In this document: positions 1 to 13,200 of the stretch, one piece after another
Numbering within the stretch: position 1 is the first letter of the stretch
Layout of the letters: each line of letters opens with the position of its first letter
Source: Balanoglossus misakiensis
Lineage: Eukaryota; Animalia; Hemichordata
Direction of reading: 5' to 3'
DNA: 64,000 nucleotides
NCBI GenBank assembly: GCA_040954595.2
Contig: CM082597.2
Location: forward strand, 9,951,778-10,015,777
Made by a program: the position numbers and the translations under genes
The notes under the pieces: model-generated
Seen by the model: the letters and a program-made list of their open reading frames with translations, nothing else
What the model was told of the DNA's origin: nothing
Databases searched by the model: none

Positions 1-260
1 GAATGTAACTGCAAAGGAATTCTCTGCAGACTTTATTATACACAACTTAATTATCATTCTCAGTCTTATCTCACTTTATGAATATTTATTGGATTGTCAC
101 AAGTAATCCTAACAGGAAAAATGCCCCCCCCCCCTTTTTTTTCAAAAATGTCCCAAAATCCATGGGCCAAAATGCCTCTCAACTCTCTGCTCTTAGATGC
201 AACACTATGTATGTATGTGTGTTCACCCATGTACTGTTACATACTGCTATGCATTTACCG

Positions 261-457
261 TACTGTAAATCAGGTTATTTTCGCGACGGGAAATTTTCGC
301 AATATCGAAAGAGGCATTAATTTTCGTGTTTTCATCTATCACTAACTGCATCATTATCTCCGAAAAACATTTTAAGCGACTTTATTTTCAAGTTTGTTTT
401 GGCTCTTGCGTATTTCGCGGAAATTGTTTGCTCACAAAAATAGCCAGTTTTACCGTA
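261..457. mobile_element. Short MITE with TACTGTAAA...TTTACCGTA ends (TA-flanked, Tc1/mariner-type)
   Basis: Imperfect terminal inverted repeats and internal TTTCGC subrepeats. Confidence 0.5.
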
Positions 458-470
458 TATACATGTATGT

Positions 471-523
471 TATGTATGTATGTATGTATGTATGTATGTA
501 TGTATGTATGTATGTATGTATGT
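471..523 (+). repeat. (TATG)n microsatellite
   Basis: Seen directly. Confidence 0.95.
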
Positions 524-915
524 ACATTTTTATGTGTGTGTATGCGTGTGCCAGAATTATGTGGAAAATGTCAATTATGGTTATATATTTTTAAAAATCC
601 ATTTTAAAGTACAAGTGTACGTGTTCATCTGTTTTTGTTGCAATTTGGTTTGTGTGGCCCAAGGAATGTTACCATAACATGCCAACAAGATGGTGGTTCA
701 AATATCAATGTTGTATTTCGGGAGATGATATGTACATGTATTATGCATGTCACTTTTTATATATCAATTTTGATCAAATGGGAGCACATTATTGTTATCA
801 AAGCAAGATAGTGAGCAACCTCAGGCAGTTTAATACTGAAAGGAATTTGTACGGTTTGGAGGATATCATTTGTATGAAAATGTGTCCCTGAAATGCATAC
901 TTCCTTAATCTACAG

Positions 916-1050
916 ATTGAAGGGCTTCTTGATGATCAAGATTTCCGTGCCAAAATAACAAGAGCTGAATTAGAGGAAATGTGTGCAGACATATTTGCTC
1001 GTGTTGGAAATCCAGTAAGAATGGCTTTAGAGATGTCTGAAATGACATTG
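916..1050 (+). CDS. HYOU1: HYOU1 exon (IEGLLDDQDFRAKITRAELEEMCADIFARVGNPVRMALEMSEMTL)
   Basis: tacag|ATT...TTG|gtaagt; 135 nt, phase 0/0; Hsp70 NBD subdomain II-like. Confidence 0.95.
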
Positions 1051-3071
1051 GTAAGTATTCATAGTAACTTATTGTATCATGTGGCAGTTCTAATGCCTTG
1101 TTCTAACTGTAACATTTTCAATGGTGTAGCAACATCCCAGATACGACTCGAGTCCGACTGAAAAAATCTGTGACAGTGGTTTGCGACAGTGCTGAGCAGA
1201 TGTTAATTTTTGACGGGGATGAGGAGTGGTTCAGGGCTGGACCTCTGACGTAAATATACAGTGAGAACACACAGCACCACTATGTTAGTTGTTAGTAGTT
1301 TCACCTTTGACCTCACTACCCTCAATGCTTTGCCTGTGGTGTAGTTTTCTCTCTCTCTCTGCTCGTCCGCCATCTTGTAACTAGCGGTATAGTGCGTTCG
1401 TAATAAAACCGTTCGTGTTATCGACCTTACGTGCCTGGTTGTAGTGGTTGTAGTCTTTGCTGGTGTCTGACAACACAGTGGTTGTGTCCACATTGGCGCA
1501 GATGAACTAAATCCTTTCAAAAGCACCACCTTATGGCGACCTTTGGGCATGTTTATGAGGCAATCTATTACATTTGGTCAGTTTCTATTGTGAAGTCAAC
1601 GATGACAGACGTAAACACAGCATCTGCATGTGTAAACAACTGGTCGGAAGATGAGGTGAGGATTTTGCTCAGACAAAAACAAAGGAAAAAGAAAAGACGA
1701 TGATGCGACCATATGGCCAAGATCCTGTAGTGTATGCCAAATTCAAGGTCCTAGGCCATGTCAATTTTGAGAAGAAGATTTTTATAATATTTTTTCCGTA
1801 TTTTTTATGGCCTTTTGACCAAGAAATTGGCCTATACTTTCCATAGTTAGGCTATGCATGATCACCTTGAATTTTTGAAAATAAACCCAATATCTCAAAA
1901 TCTGCTCAGCCAATCTAAACTTCAAATTTGGTGTGCAGCTAGCCCACCTTCAATCTGAATAAAATCAGAGGTAGGGTAGGGCGACGCCTTTTACTTGCGC
2001 GGTACGGTTTTCTTATGCTGTCACCTCACACTACATCTGACCAACTTCCACTGAAGCTCCCATTGAAAACTCAGGCTTTACTGGGCCAGTAAACCAATTA
2101 GAAGGTGCCTTATAGCAAACGATGGGTATCCGTATTATCACATGACCTGGCCCCTTGCTAGATGTACGATAGTCTAATCAGCATGGGGAAAGGTTTCAAG
2201 CCAGTTCAGTGTGACGACTGAACCTCTATATTCCACCGGCCAACGAAATGTATAAAACGTGGCAACAAGTCGCAGTAAAAATTGTTAGAGAATTGATTAC
2301 ATTTGTGTAAGGCCGTCTCAGTGTGAGATTCTGTCGCCATAATCGTTTGTATTGACCAACTGCACTGACTTGACCTCGCGGACGCCGCAAATCACGCAGC
2401 AGTTCCTTAGCCGAAGTAAGCGTTATTTTTAAAATCCTGTCACATTAATGGTTTTGGGATACATGGCAATGGCAATTGGTTTTATTTTTTATAAACTTTT
2501 ACATGAAGTATGTCATATTTTTCTGGCGGCATGACTTTGAGGGCAAACAGGATGACTTGTTAGGAGATTTTATGAATGATCATCGATAGTTCATCATTTG
2601 TATATTGCTACAGCTCGAAGTTGCACTGCTCCGCGAAAACTACTTGTATACGATGACGTCAAACAAAGAAAGATATCATGGGATTATATGTAATTGTTCA
2701 CAAGAGAAAGCCAATCTGTCGTGTTCGGTGTGCATGTGATACTTGAAATCCATAACAAGATTCAAAATTTCTGCCATTTTCCCAGTGCAGTTTGTTGTTT
2801 TTTGTTTCCTCCAGTGCGGTTGATGTAACATGCAATCTGATTGGCTGGGTCGTAATGCGGGATTTCAACGGGAGCTTCAGTGGGAGTTGGTCAGATGTAG
2901 TTTGAGGCGACAGCATAAGAAAACCGTACTGCGTTAGTAAAAGACGTTGCCGTTCCCTACATCTGATTTTAAGCAGATTGGCCCACTGTCTTCAAATTAT
3001 TTTAAGGCAATAAAAATCACAGGGAACTCAGTAATTTTGTTATTGTTATTGTTGTTGTTATTATTATTATT

Positions 3072-3113
<42 letters not shown>

Positions 3114-4206
3114 AAGATTGGTAATAAAATTTAAAAAAAAATCAATGTGTCATTTCTTGCTATGTTTGTCGATGTTGTAGATAACTGTAAAAAAAACACC
3201 CAACCATAATCGTGGAAAACACGACCTAGGTCGCCGAATGTCACTACCGTCTTACATACAGGCAAGGGTGGAATCCACATGCCCTGATCTAGGCTCATGG
3301 GCCACCTTCAAGGCCCTGAAAAATCACCCCATTCACCAGCGAGCGATTAAATTATGCCACCATAGGCATTGAAATTTATCTCACTGACCTAATTTGGGCT
3401 TCACTTCATCTATCGACCTGCAAACGAGTGGAAAAACGGCGATTTCCAAGTCGTACCCAGTCAAATTCAATCACATTTGAATGACGCGACCGGTGGTGAT
3501 GGCTCCATTTCTCTGCCTATTTAAATTGACCAATCGGGCGCCCTGTAAAGGCTGCCTCGGCCACCGCTCAACTCGTACGAGCAACACCCGGAAGTGTACG
3601 TTCTGACTATCGACTGCACTGTATTCAAGACGTAAAATGGTAGATTTTATGACAAAGTTGGGAAGTATCCATTTATCTGTATGACTCTTAAGGTTTCGCC
3701 TCCTTTTTTTCGCGTTATTTTGAACGCAGTTACACGTACTCGTACGAGTTGAGCGGTGGCCGAGGCAGCCTTTACAGGGCGCCCGATTGGTCAATTTAAA
3801 TAGGCAGAGAAATGGAGCCATCACCACCGGTCGCGTCATTCAAATGTGATTGAATTTGACTGGGTACGACTTGGAAATCGCCGTTTTTCCACTCGTTTGC
3901 AGGTCGATAGATGAAGTGAAGCCCAAATTAGGTCAGTGAGATAAATTTCAATGCCTATGGTGGCATAATTTAATCGCTCGCTGGTGAATGGGGTGATTTT
4001 TCAGGGCCTTGAAGGTGGCCCATGAGCCTAGATCAGGGCATGTGGATTCCACCCTTGCCTGTATGTAAGACGGTAGTGACATTCGGCGACCTAGGTCGTG
4101 TTTTCCACGATTATGGTTGGGTTTTTTTTTTACAGTTATCTACAACATCGACAAACATAGCAAGAAATGACACATTGATTTTTTTAAAAATTTTATTACC
4201 AATCTT

Positions 4207-4263
<57 letters not shown>

Positions 4264-7200
4264 AATAACAACAACAATAACAATAACAAAATTACTGAGT
4301 TCCCTGTGATAAAAATCACAGCCCAGACAGTCTAATTTTTAGGTCCCATGTATGTATGTTTGTTTGTTTGTATGTATGTATGTATGTATGTACATGTATG
4401 TATGTATGTATGTATGTATGTATGTATGTATGTATGTATGTATGTGTGTCTATGTATGTATGTATGTATGTATGTATGTATGTATGTATGTATGTATGTA
4501 TGTATGTATGTATGTATGTCTGTGTGTATGTGTCTATGTATGTATGTATGTGTGTATGTATGTATGTATGTATATTTGAAGTTGCCAGTCCTGGTGACTG
4601 GTTGATATTTTCTACGAATTTCAAACACTGCATTAAGGCGGCGAGATCAAAGAGATCTATTTGAATGGGAACGTCACTGAGTGGCAGTTACGGCCGGTTC
4701 GAAAATTTTTCAAACGGAGATTTTCGGTACTACAAGTGATCGTAGTGCATCCATTTTTCTAAGACGTGTATGAAACACCACAGTCAATGATAGGATGATT
4801 TTTCGTGAAGTTTTAACGACGCGTTCCCGAGAAAGACAGTTTCGGTATGTTGGTTTAAATTGTGGTCCCTGACTCACAGAAAAGATTTCTTGTCTTGAAA
4901 AAAATGGGTAGGTTAGGAAGATATTGAACTAAGTTACCGTGAAATTATAATGTTGTGAGCCGCTCTGTTGTTGAGTAATGACGGTGTAAAAATTACCTTC
5001 GCCATCGACGAGTAGAGCCTTGTATACCATATGTATACCACTGAACTAGGTCAAGGCATGTTGACCTATGACGTAATGGCTTCCTTTTCAACGCTAAGTT
5101 AACTCTCATTAGCATATTACATACAGGGTTAATTCACTATCCCCATGCTGACTGACCTGTCACTGCCTACTATGGCACTGTAAATTGTGGTCCTTGACCC
5201 ATGGCATGGATATATTCATGTCAAAATTATGAATAGAAGAGTTTATTAAATTCTAAAACCTGAGGGGGTTAATTTTTGTGTGGGTATGGCAGATATTTTC
5301 TTTTTTGATTTTTTAACTTCAAGGTCACTTTGAATTTCGTGATCACAATTTTGTCAGTGGAAGTAAAAGACATTCTTCTTCATAAAACTACATGAAAAAT
5401 CACATGTAGTACACTCATAGTACCAGTAATGTGCCTGGGGTGAAATAATTGTCAGAAATGGGTTGCAAGTTGCTAAACTTTCGTTCTGAAAAAAGTTGAA
5501 AAACTGTATGCAAATGAGGAATTCAAACTTTACTGGCCAGTTCAAGTGTTTGCATTGCATAATCCCCTGCTGTGCAATTTGCCACTGGTGACCAGACTGT
5601 ACGTAAACATAAAAAACTTGAAAACCGCTTGGCATATCACCTTGATATTTGGTGTGCAGATGCAAGCTGGGCTGCAGATGGGAGTTTGTTCAAATGAGGG
5701 TGACCTTTACTTTACCACATCTCAGCAGATACAGCATTGAAATTCTGTGTAATGGATTTGCCATGATTGTCTCTATTTGCTTGGGCCCTTTCAATGCTTC
5801 TTGCAGCTTTAATTCCATTTATTTTTGTTTCAGGTTGAAATAGACCAAGTGATATTGGTTGGTGGTGGTACTAGGGTCCCAAAAGTTCAGCAGTCTCTTT
5901 TAAAAGCAGTTAAAAAGTAAGTAATACTGGAGTTTTCACAAAATATTGGGTGTACAGATGTTGTGCATGACTATCTAGTGTGTGCCTGAATCATCATTAA
6001 CAGAGTTTATTTTTGTAATAATTAAGTTGCAAGAAGACCAATTTCTATCAGATCCCTAGGCTTTCTTCATTTTACAGCAAGTGCAATTCTGTACAATGGA
6101 TATGTGCTTTGTAAAGTGCACATGCTGTTGCTTTCAGGTGTGATGGAATACTCTAGCTAAGTGACTTAGTCACCCTTAAAGATGCTTAAGCTGTAACTTT
6201 TGGCTTTATTTTCACTATATTTGTTCTGTGTACCAAATGCTTTTTCTTGTTCTGCTCTAAACAGGATGTTAATATACCCAGTAGTCTGCTTGTTAAAGGG
6301 ACAAAATCTCTCTCGCTGTCCCTTTTCCATTAATTATGTTTGATACAAGACACCTTTTATGTTATATAAGAAATCAACGTTCGACCACACACAACTTCCA
6401 TCCCACTTGTAGACACAAGAGTGAAAAACTTGCCATACCGTTTATTCATTTTGGCGAGATATTTACTCTTACTCCTAAAAATGAGATGGAAGTTTTGTGT
6501 GGTCGTACATTGATTCACTATATATCCACATGTAGAATAACATAAACGGTGTCTTGTATCATACACAATTAATGGGAAATGGGCAGCAAGAGAGAGACTT
6601 TGTCCCTTTAAGGTGGCATTGCATGAAAACTTGTGATTTTTGCCAAATTTTAATTTTTTACATAAATCGGTAGGCCTAATACTGACCCACATCCTGACTG
6701 ATACGTCTTGGCGGAAATGGTGCATAATCACCCCAAAATAGCACTTTTCTGAATGAGTTCACAGCTTAACAAATCGGTGTCAACAATGCAAATGGCCATT
6801 TTTCTCAGTATGCATTTTCTCTGCTCTTGACAACTTCAGACGAAAATAGCTTCGCTCTGCGTTGGCCGAATTTGCTCAAATTTTAACTGGGGATTGTGTA
6901 TGACCCATCCAACAAAACGGTATTTTTGTTAGTCGATAAAGTGTCCCTGGCGGGAATAAACTCTGATTCAATACAACTCACCGTGAATTTGATCAAATTT
7001 TACTAAAAATCTAACTTTCAAACGCTGTTACTCCTCAATGGAAGCAGATAACGCAAAACAAAATTACCGTTTTTTGCACGTGTACTCTAGTTTCGAATGC
7101 CCAAATCCAGTATGTATTTTCCAAGATTTTTCATCATAATCATCGTAATCGCCTTCCCTGATATATAAAGTCTTCGATCGCTGTAATGTTGTTTCTTCAG

Positions 7201-10200
7201 ATTTAAAAAATTGTACGATTTTCGGTAAATTTTGTCAGTGCACGTCACACAAGTGTGTCTCCAAACTAGGTTACACTCCAAAAGCGGATTATGTTAATGA
7301 GGTGAGGTGTTGACCCGTTAGCAACAAAGGTTAAAAAGCGTGACCTGTAGTTTCTTTTCTTCTCTGCGGTAGAGACGCGTCCGTCTTCCCCCTCTACTGT
7401 ATATGTGAAAACATAGCAAAAAGTTACAGCTAATGGAGGTTAACTCGAAGTCTAGCTTTGTTTCAGCTATGTAGTTGAAAATGCAAAACAAACACTTCAC
7501 AGTCAGCAAAGGCCCATGGGGCTGATTCTCTCAAATGTGTCATTATACCACAGGGAATAGAGGAATGAATCGTGTTGTTGTTGTGTTGTTGATGATGATG
7601 ATAATATTGACCAATTGGGCGCCGTGAATAAGGGTTCCATCATAGCTGGCCGTGGCAGCCTTTACAGGGCGCCCAAATGGTCAATTCAAATGTCCAGTGA
7701 CGACTGAGCCATAATCATCGGCCGCGAAGTTTTAAATGTGAACTGTAGACTGGGTACGACTTGGAAATCGCCGTTTTTCCACTCGTTTGCAGGTCGATAG
7801 ATCAAGTGAAGCCCAAATTAGGTCAGTGAGATAAATTTCAGTGCCTATGATGGCATAATTTAATCGATCGCTCGTGAATGGGGTGATATTTCTGGGCCTT
7901 GAAGCTGGCCCATGAGCCTAGGTCAAGGCACGTCGATTCCACCCTTACCTGTATGTAAGACGGGAGTGACGTTGGGCGACCTAGGTCGTGTTTTCCATGA
8001 GTGACGTTGGGCGACCTAGGTCGTGTTTCCACGATTACGGTGTTCTTTTACAGTTATCTACAACATCGACAAACAATAGCAGGAAATGACACATTGATTT
8101 TTTTTAAATGTTTTTATTATCATCATCATCAACAACAACAACACAACAACAACAACAACATGATTCATTCCTCTATTCCCTGTGATTATACCAGTATTAA
8201 CAAAAAGAAATTGAAAATGGTTTATATAAACAGAAGAGTGAAATAATTATGGGATGTTACAGGTACTGTCTATTGATGAAATTTTCAGGTCAGAGCTTGG
8301 CAAGAGTATAAATGCTGATGAAGCTGCAGCCTTGGGTGCATCATATCAAGCAGCATATCTCAGTAAAGGTTACAAAGTCAAGAAATTCATTGTAAAAGAA
8401 GCAAATATCTATCCTATTCAGGTAATACAAAGTTTTTCTATGACAAAGTTGCAAACATTTGACAATGCCGATGTGTTAGCCAAACTATTAGGACGGAAAA
8501 GCGGTCAAACAAATATCACATACATGCAAGTTATTCATTAAGTAATCTTAATTAATTAATTAATTAATGAAATGAATGACAATAATTGTGACCAGGTGAC
8601 CAAATTGTCTCCGTAAATTTTTGAAAATTTGTCTATATGCTTCTGGCACTAATTCATATGCAGACAATATAGCCCCTAGACTTGCTCTATGGGCTTCATT
8701 ATTTCATAATAAATACATTAAAAAAAATTGTTCCTAATTTCTCTATGTACTGTGTGTGGAGTAAAAGTCACCGAGTGTGAGTGCGTATGTACGTCAAGGG
8801 AACGCGTAGGCCCATAGACTTGTACACCTTGCTGCTTTCCGGTTGCTATGAATTATTCATGTTGACGTCATCTATAAATATGCATTCGCTAAATTAAATA
8901 GTGGGCAGAGTTTCAATGCATGACCTTGAGTACCCGAAAATCATATTTGGGTATCTCATAGCGAAAAACACAAACGGGTTAATTTCGTTTTACTCATTTT
9001 ATGTGAAATTTGATCATCAATTTTTATGGTCGCTCGATGGCTGAAACCATAGTTGCAGTGCAGCGACATGTGTACGATGTATGCGCTCAAATTACAGAGT
9101 GCGCGTGCCGCACAAACAGACGTTGACATCACACTCACAGGTCGCGGTAGTTGACTTAGACTTACAGTATAGCTAGTTGTACAAGTCCATGGGCCTACAC
9201 GTTCCCTACACATAATGAAGCCCATAGACTTGGAGCAAGTCTACTATTAGACCTAGAGACTTCATATTTGGTGGGATGAAGTATACACATGTACTTGTTA
9301 CCCCTTGACCTTTGACCCATTAATTATGTGCATATCTAATTATCGGTCAGTCAGTGTTTCCCTGTTGATCTCTCTATGTGTCTGTCTGTATATGTACTAC
9401 GGTGTAGACTTTTTCTTGTTTCATCCCAAATGGGACCACAGTGTCCTTGGCATGATTTTTACTATACTATGTGATACTGTTTGACCGTAATATTGTTATT
9501 CATTTTTATGGGTTATTACACGAATTTTGGTCGATAACGCGTCATATTCAAACTTCGCAACTCGTCAAAATACAGACATCACAAGAATGTGTCGCGTTAC
9601 CGACTAAAATTCGTGTAATAACCCCTTTATCATACATGCCTACCTATAAGACAGTACGATTTGCAAAAATGCATCCAGAAAAACAGTTTCACGATCAGAA
9701 ATTTAAACCGGGCGCCCTGAAATTACGGCAGTAGCCCATAGCCAAGTGAGACAGGATGATACGCGCGATCAGGTGATCAATGTGTAGGCCGTAGTAGCAT
9801 TCTAAGGGGTAGGCCGCTTTCATAATGATGGGCACATCTGCATTCTAAATAAAAATGTCTACGTTCTCTTTCAAAATATCCCATTGACAATTATCTCGTA
9901 TTGAGAAATCCGAAGAAGTAAAAATGATACATTGAACATGGTAAAACCGCCAGCTTTGAAAACGTTATTACAGCTTCTAATAACCAAATTATACAACACC
10001 CCTCTCCACTAGAGTCCTATGTCCCGTACGTCACTCGCGAATGCAGTGAACTGTCGCCTCGATCACAACATGTTATGATTTCAGCGCGTTCTCAAAAATT
10101 TTTTGAGTCGAGAATATTATACTTTATTTTCACTCGGTGAAAATACCGGCTAATATCTTCACTGTGAGAACAAAAGAAGGTGATAAATACAGGTATTGCA

Positions 10201-13200
10201 TGTATGATAATGTTCGATATCCTTGACGAGCCCCCAATTTGTTACCCAAAATTTACCAAACTATTAGGACAGAAAAGCGCTCAAACAAATATCACATACA
10301 TGCAAATTATTCAATAAATAATCTTATTTAATTAACTCAAAGCAATATGAAATGAAAAACAATAATTGTGACCAGGTGACCAACTGAAAAATACAATAGT
10401 TTACCAAAAGCCACATGCTATAAAAACGGTACTGGCGTTTGTTATAATGCTAGCGTTACAGTTTGCAAGGAACAGTCATGTATTACCTGGCAATATTGTC
10501 CCCACAAGTTCGAGTAGTAGAACCTTGAAACTTCCAGCTTGGGGACCAGTTCACACGCATGGTGACATAAACGCATGTTCCACAATGATGGCACTTTCAA
10601 GTTTTAAAAGTCTAGAATAGTCTGCTCAGAATAAACGCATACAAAGCTCCTAATTCAAGGGTGTTCACATCAAAGCGTTGTACTCACGGAACTTCCAATA
10701 CTCCAAAAAAAGTATTTTCCATAAAGTCCACCAGAACGTAGCATCCCTCGGGTTGTAACCGGAGTCCTAGCCGATGTTGACAGAACCATACATAGGAAGT
10801 ACACACAAGGTCAGGTATAAACTTATCAACGTGGAAACAGCATGGCGTACTAACCCAGTATACAAGTAACAGCAAGGCAACGTAGCAATGTAGCCTTTTA
10901 TACCAACAAAAATATTCATCAACACCTGGTCATTCGGTGGGTTAAAACAAAAGAAATGCAGTTCACCTGGTTGCTGAACCATTGAAAAACTAGACATCAT
11001 AACAGGATGTCATTTTGAGAGAAATTATTTATCTGGTCATCTATAATAATACACATTCAAATGTTGTTTGTTAAACTTAATGACATGAATTTTTGGTAAA
11101 TGTCATGGAGGTATTCACATGTATTCCCTAGTGCTGAGGTAATATGGGTCATGCTGTAATAATGATTCATCATTTTCAATAATCCATCGAGAGAAACAGT
11201 AATAACACAAAATGATGTCATATTTTTCTCACATTGTATTTTACTTAAATTAATATTGAAAATTATCTTCTCTTTAAGGTTGAGTTTGAAAGAGTTGGGG
11301 TGACAGAAGGATCTGAATTTCAGAAGACAGTGAAGCGTACATTGTTTGGAAGAAGCAATCCATTCCCTCAAAAAAAAGTAATGACATTCAACAAACATAC
11401 AGGAGATTTCAAATTCAATGTCAATTACGGTGATCTTAGTTTCATGAAGGAAGAGGAGTTGAGGTGAGTATAAAAATCACATTTTTTTTACAATCTCACA
11501 AAGTGCATTTAGCGCAGGTCTCACCATTGAGAGTTATGTGACTTATTGTTCTGTTCATTCCTCTATAATTTAAGATAGTAGTATGCGTCTTGATATTAAA
11601 TGAAGTCTTAAACTTTTCCGCATATTTGCTCAAGGTAAACTTTGATTAATCGCGTTGATCTCTCTGTTAGCTGTATGAAATTATTGATTATTATGAAAAC
11701 AAGCTGGTGAACACCCTGTATGGCGCGTAATCGAGGCCAAAATTAACACCTCACTTTTTGAGTGAAACGCATTCGTTTTGAGGCAACACATTTGATTTGA
11801 AGGTCGACACTTTTGAATCGGATGATATTACGTTCGTTTTGAACTGACACGCATTTGAATCGGACTCCCCAGCATTGGCTTTGAAGGTCGACACTTTTGA
11901 ATCCAAGGACCACATTCGTGTTGAGCTGACACGCATTTGAATCGGACGTGACCTCATTTGAGTTGGGACAAACCATTTTTGACTTGGAGTACACTGCATT
12001 TGATTTGAGTGACGATACTTTTGAGTTGAGACAAACCGTGTTTGAATTTGAGTCCACCGCATTCCATTTGAGGCTCAACTTGTGAATGGGACACCATCTC
12101 ATTTGATTTGACTCAGGTTTTTCTTCCAATTGATTATACCAGAATGTGGCTCTCCGTAAAACAACCCTTCTTTGTAGCGATTAGACAACATGAAACGTCA
12201 CAAAGCGTCATGCCCTGTGTCCGATCACTATCGGACATCATTTCTGGGGGAAAATCTGAACAGATGGTACTATTAAAACAAGTGGTGTTGAACAGATCAG
12301 TATGCATGTCAGGCCAACCTGACTTTAGTTCACTAAAATGTATTCCACCTCCGGTGCATGAGTCAGCAAGTTAAATGTGGCTTCACGCTCTTTTTCAAAT
12401 TCGAGCTCAACAAATATCTCACTGTCCTCCACTTCTGATAACCGCCTCTTGGAGGGTTGCTTGGAGGGTTGGCATATTCTTCCTGTTCCTGAATTCTGGG
12501 CTCCTCATCCCCACTGGTTTCGTCCTTGGACTGAGGATAAAAGTCGTCATCATCTGCCTCATCCTTCATCATGGTCCTTCATCACGGACATCATCATTAG
12601 GCCTTCTGTATCAAAACTCCCATTAATTCATCCAATATCATTTGGGGATCATATTCAGGTGGAAATGGCTCTTTTTTGATCACCTTCTTGGGCGATGCCA
12701 CTTTACGGATGACGTTAAAGCAACTGCCCTATGTAGGCTCATCTGAGCGGCAGATGGCTCTGGTTGTGGGTTTACTGGGGCTGTCTGTTAAGCTGAAGAC
12801 TGGGTCTCCACTGAAGCACTACTTTCAACTGCGTTAGTCATCTAATCGCTTGTGGATGGAGCATATCCACACTGTCTGTTGATTGGACTTTCGCTTATGC
12901 TTCCCACCAGCTTCTTTGCCTTCGCGACTTTGTTGCTCAGGAGCCATTTCTTTGCCTTCTTTTCCTTCTGCTTTCAAACAGGAGTCGTTGCTATATAATA
13001 ACAGTCGTTGCCAGTGTAGCTGGATTGTCCTGGGTGCTTAAAGTGGAACGTTGTCATCCGTTTTTGAGCCAATTCTGCGAAATGCGATTAAAAAGTACTA
13101 TGAAAAACGTTGGTTTCATTCACTTTCACTTACGCATAACAGAGCTACAGCCAGCCAAAAACTGCGCGAAACCGGAAGTGAGTGACGTCAGCAACTTGTG

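Noticed and set aside
2947-4309. Poly-Leu and poly-Thr ORFs, and the self-overlapping 122-aa ORF at 3471-3839
   Set aside because: Products of (TTG)n/(CAA)n tracts and palindrome symmetry.
4316-4664. ORFs reading MYVCMYVC... or HTYIHTYI... (also at 326-677)
   Set aside because: Translations of (TATG)n microsatellites.
6176-7444. One large TTAA element defined by GCTGTAACTTTT/AAAAGTTACAGC
   Set aside because: The outermost bases do not match as TIRs, so boundaries could not be fixed.
11750-12115. CRISPR-like array
   Set aside because: Eukaryotic intron, no identical repeats with unique spacers, and no cas genes.
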